A DNA stretch of 64,000 nucleotides from assembly GCA_002633005.1 (NCBI GenBank), contig NMRA01000296.1, positions 226,399 to 290,398 on the forward strand, in the 5' to 3' direction. The notes below the pieces were generated by a model that had not been told where the DNA came from, did no database searches, and saw only the letters and a list, made by a program, of their open reading frames with translations. A program made the translations under genes and the position numbers. The DNA is from Phoronis australis. Its lineage: Eukaryota; Animalia; Phoronida. Each line of letters begins with the position of its first letter. Position 1 is the first letter of the stretch. Shown here one piece after another: positions 53,201 to 64,000 of this stretch.

Positions 53201-56200
53201 ACTGATTTCGCTCATGACTACGTTCCGGATACTCTCCTGCCTGGCTAGCCATGAGGCAGACCGTACAAAGTCTAATAATTCAGTGGTTGTACTATACAAC
53301 TAACAATACTTACGAGCATGAGCAAGACTGAGGGCCCAGAGACGGAGGTAAGAGGCCGTGTGTGATATACAACTGAGGCAGTACTCAATCACATGAATCC
53401 CCTGGTAAATCATCTCTTCACCAAAGTTAAACTCCTGCAAAGCATGAACGCGAGCGGTTACAAGCACGCCATCTGTCAGTGGGTGCAATGAATCACGCAT
53501 GTCCATTCGTAGTAAATAACAGCATCCCTTCAAGACGGCGAAACTCGGTAAGCCAAGTGAACGACTAATATTAGAGAACCAACATCATTCTCTACAGACT
53601 GAGCCCATTAGGCAAGTGTTTCCAATGGAGTTATGAAGTATCGTTCTAAGTCGAGGAAACAATCGCATTTGGACAATTACATATACAATCAGCATATTCA
53701 CCAGTATGCGTTAACTACATAAAGTAAATATATAGATGCTGAGGTTGGCCAGTAATGAAATATATCATGGGAGCATTGGACCGGCAATCTAGAGACCTGT
53801 GGTTCGATTCCCAGTTGGGGTTCCTGATTTTTCTGTGTTTATTTGATATATTTCATTACTGGCCAACCTCAGCGTCTATATATTTACGATATCTAATTTT
53901 AAAACGGTAAGTGATCAAAATCCAAACTTTATTTTTGGACACAAAGGAAGTTTCTAGAAGACACAACTTTTGTTCTACAGCCCTGCTCATCACAAAAAGT
54001 CAAAGTGTCGGTACTACATCCACAAGGAGGCTGAAATCTTCCAGTGTCGCCATGGTGACTTAAGGAAGTGTCTAAATTGAACAGTTTACAGAAAAATAGC
54101 TCATTTTGACTTAAAATAAGACTCTCCTTATCATTTCTTAAGCGAAAAACTATCTTTGAAGGTACGTAAATAATAGAAAATAATTCAGGATGCAACAATT
54201 CCCCGAGTCTGTAACAACCAAAAACCTAAGCACAACAAGTGCATACGCTGATAAAGCACCGAGTTAAGTATAAGTCAAATGAAAATGGAAATAATGTTCT
54301 AATATAATGTAAAGTCTGAAGTCAAACTCTGAAACCAACAGGGGGTTTATCCAAGGGAGACAACAACAGTTTATTCAAAGCTCGTGCACTTCCTGCATGT
54401 TGTTGCTGTGGGTGACCCGCGTGAAAACTCAAGTACGGGATAATAATAATACTAGTGAAGTGTGCAGAATACCAGCTCACTTTTTCCCTAAGGTTATGTA
54501 GGTCCCTAGAAAATTTTCAAATTTGGTTAACTTGAGAACATCATATGGCTGATTGGATTCACATTCAGATAACATACTTTATGCAGTGTTCTCCACAATG
54601 TTGTTGTGAAATGTCTTTAAAATGTTCCACTTGTGCATAAGACGCTACCAAAAATCAGGAATTTAACGATATTCATGACAGAATCAAAAGTAGCATAAAA
54701 CGGAAACAAAAAGTTAATCTAAAGAACTGAAACAGTATTTTGTACGATTCATCCTCTATATTTATATCACGCAAACTTTGGTTATGTTTTTGATGCCATG
54801 GTTTTGCTCTCAATGTACATTTTGTTTTAGCTAAATTTTGCTAAAAAGACATGGTTACTTGACCCGATTAGTGGCATAATTGTAAAAAATAAACAGACAA
54901 ATTCTACAGACTTTTTAATTTACTGAGTTAAACTCTATAGTTTTGCAGATATTTAGCAAAATGCATATTGTCAACAAGGTCCTACATAACCTTTCAAAAG
55001 TAAAAACTGAGTGCCTTCCTCGTAACATTTGCCAACAGATTGTAGTTAAAAATGCCCAGCTTTACAATATCTTGTGTGCTTACTCCTGGTGAAACGACTT
55101 CATAAAGACAGGTAGACCTCACATCTCCACGAATAATGAATGTGATTTCTGACTCATTTAGTGATTAACTGACGACTACCTGCTACGTGATCTAATGTGG
55201 CACACGCAAGCGCCACCTACACTTACTTTCGAGGATGTTAGACGTGATTAAAATATTAACACTGCTACAGAATGTTAGAACGTTACATTAGTAGGAAATG
55301 AAAAGCTCCAACAGGTTGCAACGTATGTACAACAAATGTATAGACAACATATTGACCACTGTTGGAATGGCAAATAGTGCATTTTATCTCTGTAATACGT
55401 GTCTTAACCAGCCACTACAGATTGAGTACCACAGTATAGACTGATCAAGGCTATCTACAATGATTATGAATAACTACGTGATACTAAAAAGGCAAGCAAC
55501 AGTTAGATCACAGGGGTTATTTGCACAAAAGACACCCTGCTTTGTACACTCTGCAAATAGTCGCACTTTCAACATCAAAATGAATTTAGACATTTTCAAA
55601 ATCAAGCATGATTCATTTTTTCAAAACCTGAAAACTTGGTCCAGGCACTTCATCATTTGAACAACATTGTCAGACCTCCAGATGAACATTGTGAAGACAA
55701 CGAGTGGTCTGCATTCATAGGGACTGACTTTCCACGATAACAAAACTGGACAAAATTCACAGGGATCAGTCTTGTTACACAAAATAAGATGTTTCAAATG
55801 GAATTCACCGATTTCAGTAGTAGATCTGATAAATCAAAGATTTTGGTTAAAACTAAACTTAATGAATAATCCATTAAATTCCTTAACTCAGACCGATTCT
55901 GAAGACAAATCGAATGACGATAATTTTGCAACAGAGATGTTGAATTGGTTGTTTATTCTTTCAAAAGGTGGCGCTCTCAGTTTTGAGCAACAATAAACAT
56001 GGCATTTAGAAACTTATAGGTAAAATGGAACCATGGCATGACTGTAGCGAAAAGGGTGCCCAGAATATTTCCATGTTATTTATTATTTAAAAAAGTAAAA
56101 TGGAATCTGCCAATTTATACAACAATAACAAAACAGAATTGTATGTTTGCTAAAATAATTTTTTGTTTTTGAAAATGAAAAATCGTTTTTTTTTTAATAG

Positions 56201-59200
56201 AATACTCAGTTCCATTGGCTGAACAACTGAGGAATGAGGAGGCAATGCTGAAACATAAATGCAAAGAGAAAACAATTCAAGTAAAGAGAAGAAATACAAC
56301 AAGAAGAACATAAAGCCGAGACAGAAGAGATGTCATGCTGATCACTTCTGCAGGTTAATGTAGCAAGAGAAAATGGCGACCAGCGGTCATTAGCATGCTG
56401 CAAGGGAATCTGAAAACACCCAACACCGAGAAGGAACTACTGCAAACCTGCTCTTCGTAAACAGCCGGCTGCGAGGCCTGCGGCGTGACCTCTCCGTTCG
56501 GCTGCACTATGTCACCACTATTCACAAACGTCTGCCGGTTCTGATGCTGTTAGAGGAGAGTAAAAGACACCATTTAGGCCAGCCAGAAACAAGAGAAGCA
56601 AAACGGCTGCGTACATTGACCACTGGGAATGCCACTGCCTGGGTCACGGTACATAAAAAGCATTTTGGAAGTTCCAACTGAACTCAAAAGTATAGGTGTC
56701 AGATGAATTGATTTCTATTTTTTGAAATACCACAAATCACAGCAGCGTTTTTACAATACTCAATACTTTTAATGAGTATCGTATTTCACAAATTTGGCAT
56801 TTTCAAAAAGTTCTAAACACTGACACAATCCTTTACATGATAATGACCCTTCCCGAGGTCAAAGGACATAGCGTAAACATGTAACCTGGACAGTTGACCG
56901 ACCTGGGGCTCAGAAGTGTGAGCCGTGATTGCGTCGTGGTGGACTACGTCATCTACAGTCTGTGAATTGTTGATTGCCATTAAACTGGGCCGTTGCTGCT
57001 ACAACGAAACACAATCTCAAAACACGTACGACACTGCATCAAGTTACAACACTGCCAACAGTAATTTTCTAAACAGAACACGACAATATCTTCTCGACAT
57101 CATCTTGTAGGACGAATTCATACCAATCGCAGGTAAAATCACTTAACTTGGTTTTACCGTCTCATGTCATTATTAAATCAATTTCCATCACAGGAATTTT
57201 TAAACCAATCTGAAACAGTATTTCAGCAGTGTGTTTTCTTTACGACATGTGTTGACTCATTCTCTCAGAATGTTTTATTTTTAAACACAACATTCCGTTT
57301 GCGTTTTACAACCTGGCTTCACTGACAATATCTTCACCTGGTGGCAACCAGATCTTGCATCAGGGACAACTGTTGTACAAACTGACACTTGGTGGAAGAT
57401 ATGACTGCCGCCAATAGAACAGACTGTCAAATAACAAAGGCCCTTCAGTGGAATGCCATGTTTAACAAAACACTCTGAAATAATTAATTATCCATTTCTT
57501 GACTTCTCTATGCACGTTGTAGGTAAGAATAACATGTGGCTGTGTGCACAAGATGTACTAACCTTGCTCTTGGCCTGACTTCGCAGGATCAGAGGCTTGA
57601 TGAGCAACATCCAGGGGACACTGAGAAGGGCCAACACAACCAGCATGTACTGCACTTTGTCCTGAAGAGGGGAGAACAGGGCAAAATGGGACAATGGCCT
57701 GCTGACACAATACACAGAACAATTACTGCACAGAACCGAACATTGTCCTGTAGTGGGGAGAGCAGGGCAAAATGGGACAATGGTTTAGTGAGGCAATACA
57801 CAGAGCTATAATTAAGAAATTACAGTAAAAAATTTAGGACAGTCTCTCAAATCTCAGACACCTAAATCCAACCCCAAACTGAATTTTTTTGATTCTGAAA
57901 TTTGGGACCTGGTCAAATATGGCATTCACCAAATTTCTCAAATTTCGGTCAATTTTAGCAGCATTGGTTGGAATTCTCACAATTCAGATGGTGGGCTTTT
58001 CCCCATAATCGGGGACCGAATGTATTCTGGAAGTTGATCAAGCAATGGTGATTATTTACACATCGTTTAAAGCTGCCACCCATCCCTAGTCACTTTCGTG
58101 GGTCGTTTGACCCATGGCGTGCGATTTGTAAAATGAAACTTGGGCCCAGAGCGGAGATCGATCTAAATCCACGTACGCGCATACAAAATAAATTGAATTT
58201 ATTCACGGGCAGACAGCAATGCTTTCAGGCTGTAGTGAACATAGGACAGATAAAATTCCAACAGCAGTACCGGGAATGCAAGGGCGGGGATTATTGGGAC
58301 GAACCGCTTTAGTAATTAGCGTCTAAGAAGCTAACGAACTAGTAGCCGGCAACTTGAACAGTCACTTCCACGTGGTCATGTTTTGCAGTTAGAACTATGT
58401 AGGGCCTACCTCAGTTAAATTGTGATCTGGCCTACTGCTATGTTTCAGAATAGCAATTCCAAACTTTCATTGATGAAATACACCCCACTCACAAAAAGCA
58501 ACAGTTCTATAGTTGCCAAATAAACGCCTGGATACGTTATCGAACTAAGACCGCGGGGACCTTATTTACGTGTATCTCGTTGGCAGCAAAGCTGTTACAA
58601 TAAGGTCTGTTTGAGTGACACGTGACCCAGAAGTATGTTGCACTCGCAGCCCCAGAACGAACCAGTATTACATATAATGCAGTCATGTAGACTGCCTTTG
58701 GTTTGCGAACAGTTTAACGTGAAGATGTTGATCACCAATAAATGGATATTGCGAATAATCAGTCAAGGCGTGTTACACGACAAATATATATTTCCTATCA
58801 CAAAGTTTGGTGCCAGAGTTGATTCTGTTAAGAATCAGTAACATCACTGTTTATGTTTTTGAAGGCACCATGTGAATTTATTGTCAGCAATAACAATGAC
58901 AAATCTGCGCAGCTGTTCAAACTGTATAAAAACACAAAACAAAACATTGTCGATGCCCGACCGCATACATTATAAGGTTTCGGACACCGTCTTTCTCATA
59001 TTTCTGGAATTTCAGACGGCTAATATTACCCGTTTCTAAAATTTTGGACAGGTTCCAAATATTTATTTTTTCACTGTCCTAAATTCGAGAATTTTTATTG
59101 TAATGCAAGAAATTATACATTGTCCTGAAAGCGGAAGAGGGAAAACGGGACAATGAACTATTCATTCTGATTACACATAGTGAATTTAACAAACCTTTTT

Positions 59201-62200
59201 CTTAAAAGAGGTGACTGGGGCAAATCTGACCACGGCCAGCTAGCATAACTCGTAGAGACTGAAAACTAATTTGCAAACAACACATTGTCCAGACATTGGA
59301 GAATTTGTACCACAATGGGAAGATTACGTGTGACGGTTCTGTGACTAATGTGTGTTGTAGTTATCAGCACTTTCAAGTTCTGTCATAAACTGGAATTAAT
59401 GGTACAGTGAAAGGGGGGGAAGGGCCCTTGGCAATACTATTTGTACAGACCACTAGTGACAGTCTTTCAAATGTTCAGTACTGACCTGACTAGGGTAGAC
59501 CAGTCGGTTTGAGCACGGGTCAAAGCTGCTTTTGTCCCCCTCTATATCTTCGCCAGCATGGGGGCTATACTTGAACAGGAACATGTTGATCAGACCTGAA
59601 GTGAATGCATATTGAGTATTACTTAGCAATTCTTGACCATCAAGTTACATGGAGCACTGCTTTGGTAATACGACTATCACCTTAGGACATCTTATTTGAC
59701 TCAATGATGAGTGCTTTTATTGATTTTACAATACGTCACGAAAAATCAAGACGAGAAAAACAAGTTTACACCTTTTCTTTTCTCAAATATGATGTAGTTG
59801 CCTGGAAAGAAGCTCATTATGTTTTATTATGTTACATATTTTTGGCTAAACAATTTGACTGCCAAAGGTGCCTTAAGTTTCTGCAACTTACACATTCACC
59901 ACCTAAGGCGCCAATTAGCAAGTTGGATACTTGACCAAGCTCTGACTTGACCTATTTGATTCTAAATTTCAAGGGAGATAACTTACGTTTACCGACATCA
60001 TCAGATGAAAAGAACAGCAATTTTACTAAATCCAAAATAAAAGTCAGTTTTTCGATTTTATTTTCAGATATTTCCGCATAAATTCTGAAAAGCTGAAGGC
60101 GTGGCTACATCTCATTACAGCAGATAACTGACAAGCGAGCACTAACCAATGAGAAGGCTAGGAGCACAGCCTGGTGACTTGAACTCATCAGTGGAAGCAG
60201 CAGAGAAGGTTACCCACTTGTAGAAGATGAGAATGACCAGGTAGCCAAAGATGCTCATCATAAAGAGAACCTGTGGAATGAACTCGCAGAAGATGTTCAA
60301 CGGCCGCTTGAAGTACCTGCAAATGGAGACACATGAAGCTTAATGCACAGCGCTGCAAAACTGCATCACATCCAAGAGGCAAATTTTTTCAAGACCGCTT
60401 GTAGCTATAAAATCGGTCTTAACTTACAATTGCTAGAGGCCTGAAACGACCTGGCATGATAAGCAAACTTGTTGACCCAGGCCTCAAGCTATAATGAACA
60501 CTCAATACATGGTTGCTCTTGTGACATAAGGTGGGTTATTGTCACTTTAATAAAGGGTGACTGTGCGTAGACATCCCAGGCTTACACTTAGAATGGCAGT
60601 TATGATGGCACAGGTGTGCACTTCAACCATGCGTATAGTTTCCTTTTGATGTAGGTTTGCATGGCTTTACGAACACTATCATTAGGAATTTTGATTAATA
60701 TTTATACTGATATAACTAATCCCCTTGTAAAGTGGGAATTGTTGATTCCATCGAGACATGCGGATGTTTGCTTATGTCCACAATTCCAGAATCGCATTGA
60801 CAATGGCACTCACGGAGCATTGCACGACATAAGTCACTGACATCATAGTTTTATGACAAACACAATAATAGGTCTTACAACGGCCAGTTAAGTCCACTTA
60901 CTTGTGATTGCAAACACTGAGGATGACACCACACAACATGTGGGCTATACCGAATATGACCGAGTATTTCATCTTCATAGAGTTCTGGAACATCACCTTG
61001 TTGGAGGACAGCTGCCACACCTGATCAAAACAAAAGAGTGCGTTTATTTGCCGTAACTTCAAAAAACGTCTTCAGACATATATGGCATTCACCAGTTGGA
61101 ACGTGTCTGAAAATAGTATTCGCCCCAATGTTTCGACCATTTTTGTCACAATATGGGAGTGTACTGGCTCCCATCATCTAGCAGGCTCAATAAGCAAACT
61201 ACCAATAATATTACACGTAATGATGGTGGTGGTGGTGGTGGTGGTGGTGGCACTGGTGGTAGCAACAATAACAATAATATATAGACAAAGATCCCAGCAT
61301 TATATTATGCTTTTCTTGCTGTGAATACAAATGTTGAGCATTTCCTCACAGAACACGTCCAGTGAGGCATTACGAACAAAAAATACCCAAACGGCAATCA
61401 CAGCACTTGGGTCACTGTTATAGGAGACTGGCGCTCTGAAAACAAGATCTTTTACTTAAACTGACAGTGTCCATCACTGAAACCGTCCACTTATTTAACC
61501 ACCGTCGGTGCCGGCCACGTTTCAACAAATTCCTCATTGACAATTTGTGAGCACATTGCACACTTACAGGGTCAAGACCGAAGGGGTATGGAGTTCCCGT
61601 GAACTCCTGAATCGCCGCACTGCCATTAGGGTTCAATTGGTACGACTTTTTGGCAAAGATGGTCACATTTCTGAAAGAAAACCAACGAAAAACCAAATAA
61701 AAACAAGAGATTGAACCCTATCAAAGTGAAGCACGTCTTCTGGTCGAGAAAGTGATGAAAGTGCAGAGGGAATAAACACTCACTAGGTGGTGCTAGTGAA
61801 CAGAGTTCCCTGTTTCACACCCGATTAGATTCAATGCATAATGCAATTCACCAGTAGGGGGCGTTCTTGTAACAACACACCTACAGGATTTAGCAAAATG
61901 TAGGCATACCTTTGGGAAGAAGTCTTGCTTCACTTGCAACATCTAGTGAATTTTGAATTCCTTAATTCTCTTACCGTTGGTAATTTTCGACCAATTTCCT
62001 TCAAAACATTATCTTTATTCAAGGACCTTATAAACGACCTCGACTCTAAGTCAAACATCGAAAAAATTATGCTTTGTCAACCATTACAAGTGTGTTTTCT
62101 GAAAGGAGAAAGATCGGGGATTTTAAAAGACTCTTCTTACTACATTGTCACGTGACGTTTTTAAGTCAAATTTTCATGTGCAAGAAAGGTACATTCATCG

Positions 62201-63863
62201 CGAAATAACCTCCATAAAACCCGAATTAAGTGCGTAATTAAAAATCCCTAACAGCGTATTTGAGACACAATGTAAAGTTTTCATTTAAAAAAGTTTTAGT
62301 ATATCCCCCATAAAATCTGAACTAAGTGAATAATCAAACATTCCTAACAACGCCTTTGAGACATAACGTAGAGTTTTCACTTAAAAAAGTTTTAGTAAAT
62401 TTGGCTGGGGGGTTATTTTGCTATGAATGTACCTTTCTTGTACATGAAACGCTGACTTAAAAACGTGGTCACCTGACAATAATGAAGACACAGTAATAAG
62501 AAGCACATTTTTAGAATCCTCAATCTTTCTCCTTTAAGAAAATATAATCATACTTTTAATGGTTGACAAAGCATGGTTTTTTTTCGATATTTGAATTAAG
62601 AGTTGAGGTCATTTATTAAGGTCCTACATAAACTTATTGTAAGTTTGAAAAAGTTTGACGCATTTCCCGTTACTGACTAGAGTAACTGTAGTACTACCAA
62701 AAGACAGAGGAAACTCACTCACCCATAGGCAGCTTTGGGCACGAGCCAATGCGAGCCGAATATGTTGACCGACTTGGCGAAGATGTCGTTGTACAAGAGA
62801 CCCGAGTAGATGGAGAACAAACCCATCATCATGATGAGGTAGCGACCACCGAAGAATATGCTGACAATCTGGCAGACAAACAAATCAAGTCAACATTTAT
62901 TCAATTAAGTCAGTTTCGAACAGCTTAACACGAGCCAACACATCGATTAACCAGCTGTACAACAACAATGTGCAAACTAAAAGAATAAATTAATAAATAA
63001 AACAAGCAAACAAACATGTGAAAAAAAAACAAGATGAACAGTGGATACAGGGGGGGGGGGGGGGTNAGCGATGGTCACCAACATTGAATCCATTTTGTAC
63101 AAAAACACTAGCAACTCCAAAGCCATCAAACACCAGTCTGAGAGATTAAGTTATGGAAACCCCACCTAGTGCCCAGAGAGGGAACTAGCCTACATATGAC
63201 CCCAACCAGCCAACATCGCATTAATGCTAAGAGATATAATGGCTGACTAAGTTTCATCTCAAGTAACAAAGCATTGCCTGTCTGTTGGCAATTATTACCA
63301 TGCAATAAGCGGGCCACCAAGTTTAATTCAGTAAGTGCTTAAAGGGACAAGCACAGTTTTAGGTTAAAAAATCTATTTTTGGGATTTTGGTTGGGATAGA
63401 TTTCTTAACCAGACCTATAAAATAATAAAACCCGTCATGCTTCAGTCTATAATTTTAATACAAATCACCAATGCTCGCCATGCCGTTTCTGAGGTCACAA
63501 TTTTGAATCTCTCTTGGGACTGATGTCAATAAGGCACCTTTCTTGCTGATTGTGTTTAAACTTAGTACAACACTACACGGAGACATTCATAACAGACTTT
63601 TGTAGGAACTCAGTGTTATATAAAGAAATGAAATGGTTATCCAACCAAACAATGCGACTAGAAAACAGCTTTTGATAGCATGGAAAACTAATGGAAGCAC
63701 GTGTGCAGACACCTGACGCATACCTCGTCTGTTATCTTCATGGAAATGATCTTCTTTTCAAAGAGGATGAGGCCGAGTCCAAACAGGAACATAATGGCGC
63801 CGTGTCCAAAGTCTCCGAACATGATGGAAAACAGGAACGGGAAGGTGATGATGGAGAAGGGCG
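50287..63863 (-). CDS. ATP6V0A1: V-type proton ATPase V0 subunit a (116 kDa), 3' membrane half; 5' part lies beyond the window
   Basis: Exons 63863-63724 ([21 protein letters not shown]), 62868-62723 ([23 protein letters not shown]), 61670-61568 (PYPFGLDP), 61020-60902 (NSMKMK), 60316-60147 (EFIPQ..FGYL..KW..APSLLI), 59595-59486, 57661-57563 (VPWMLLIKP), 56546-56448, 53434-53314 ([27 protein letters not shown], with the essential Arg), 50998-50824 ([15 protein letters not shown]) and 50377-50287 ([17 protein letters not shown]). All are in phase. The paralog number is not determinable. Confidence 0.96.
51365..51558. repeat. 39-40 bp tandem array, 5 units, each with ATTGGT
   Basis: Units start at 51365, 51405, 51445, 51484 and 51524, consensus GTATAACCAA-N6-TTGGTC.AGAAAAGGTAGGTCATT. 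Confidence 0.85.
53724..53887. mobile_element. Hairpin element: 44-bp inverted repeats around a tRNA-derived core
   Basis: Arms 53724-53767 and 53844-53887 are reverse complements with one mismatch. The 76-bp loop contains GAGCATTGGACCGGCAATCTAGAG..GGTTCGATTCCCAG. Confidence 0.8.
54490..54993. mobile_element. Non-autonomous DNA transposon, AAGGTTATGTAGG-TIR family (best-preserved copy)
   Basis: Perfect 13-bp TIRs AAGGTTATGTAGG / CCTACATAACCTT. The interior is homologous to the 20111 and 25131 copies. Confidence 0.8.
57823..59100. mobile_element. Probable non-autonomous Tc1/mariner-type element (TA-flanked)
   Basis: TA|CAGTAAAAAATTTAGGACAGT at the left and ACTGTCCTAAATTCGAGAATTTTTATTG|TA at the right form imperfect TIRs. 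No transposase ORF is seen. Confidence 0.5.
61224..61260. repeat. (GGT)n microsatellite
   Basis: GGT run in a V-ATPase intron. Confidence 0.9.
62022..62625. mobile_element. Foldback element with ~190-220 bp inverted arms and an internal ~96-bp direct duplication
   Basis: Arms are ~62022-62213 and ~62408-62625, e.g. CATGTGCAAGAAAGGTACATTCAT / ATGAATGTACCTTTCTTGTACATG and ATGCTTTGTCAACCATT / AATGGTTGACAAAGCAT. The spacer has two copies of CCATAAAA..GAA.TAAGTG..TTTGAGACA..AAAAAGTTTTAGTA. The right end GTCCTACATAAACTT resembles the 54993 TIR. Confidence 0.8.
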
Positions 63864-64000
63864 CTGGAAGTAGAAAAAGACGGCACTGGAGGATGAACGA
63901 CATGGAACCTACTGTCACATGATACATTTTACCTTCACCCTTCTAACAGCATAATCTCAAAACCATGCATCAGATTTTGCATTTGAGCTTTCATTAGTTT

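Noticed and set aside
55084-55101. Possible 18-nt V-ATPase micro-exon (EVVSPG) before a GTAAGC donor
   Set aside because: It is not preceded by AG in the required position, and nearby AGs give out-of-frame lengths.

Overview
AT-rich, intron-rich animal genomic DNA; an invertebrate is inferred from gene content and the abundant MITE/SINE-type repeats. There is no prokaryotic content and no CRISPR. I reconstructed five protein-coding genes by hand with phase-consistent GT-AG junctions. (1) A type-I membrane receptor with signal peptide, two C-type-lectin-like domains, a mucin stalk, a TM helix and a Tyr-motif tail (+, 3164-10539). (2) A small orphan Ser/Pro/Lys-rich basic protein resembling H1 tails or protamine-like proteins (+, 12551-12943). 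(3) A complete TSPEAR with LamG/TSPN domain and 7 EAR repeats (-, 32526-15382). (4) An SLC28/CNT-family transporter with an unresolved 5' end and substitutions at several canonical nucleoside- and Na+-binding residues (+, ~37819-48098). (5) The 3' half of a V-ATPase V0 subunit a gene (-, >63863-50287). Introns and intergenic DNA hold several non-autonomous DNA-transposon families, tRNA-derived repeats, a probable Penelope-like fragment and mini/microsatellites. The best leads are the remodelled SLC28 pocket, the orphan SPKK-like gene, a minisatellite born inside a MITE, an array of duplicated splice acceptors in the V-ATPase gene, and a tRNA-like core inside a 44-bp inverted repeat. Most ORFs in the supplied track are spurious or exon read-throughs. 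All family assignments rest on remembered motifs, not database searches.
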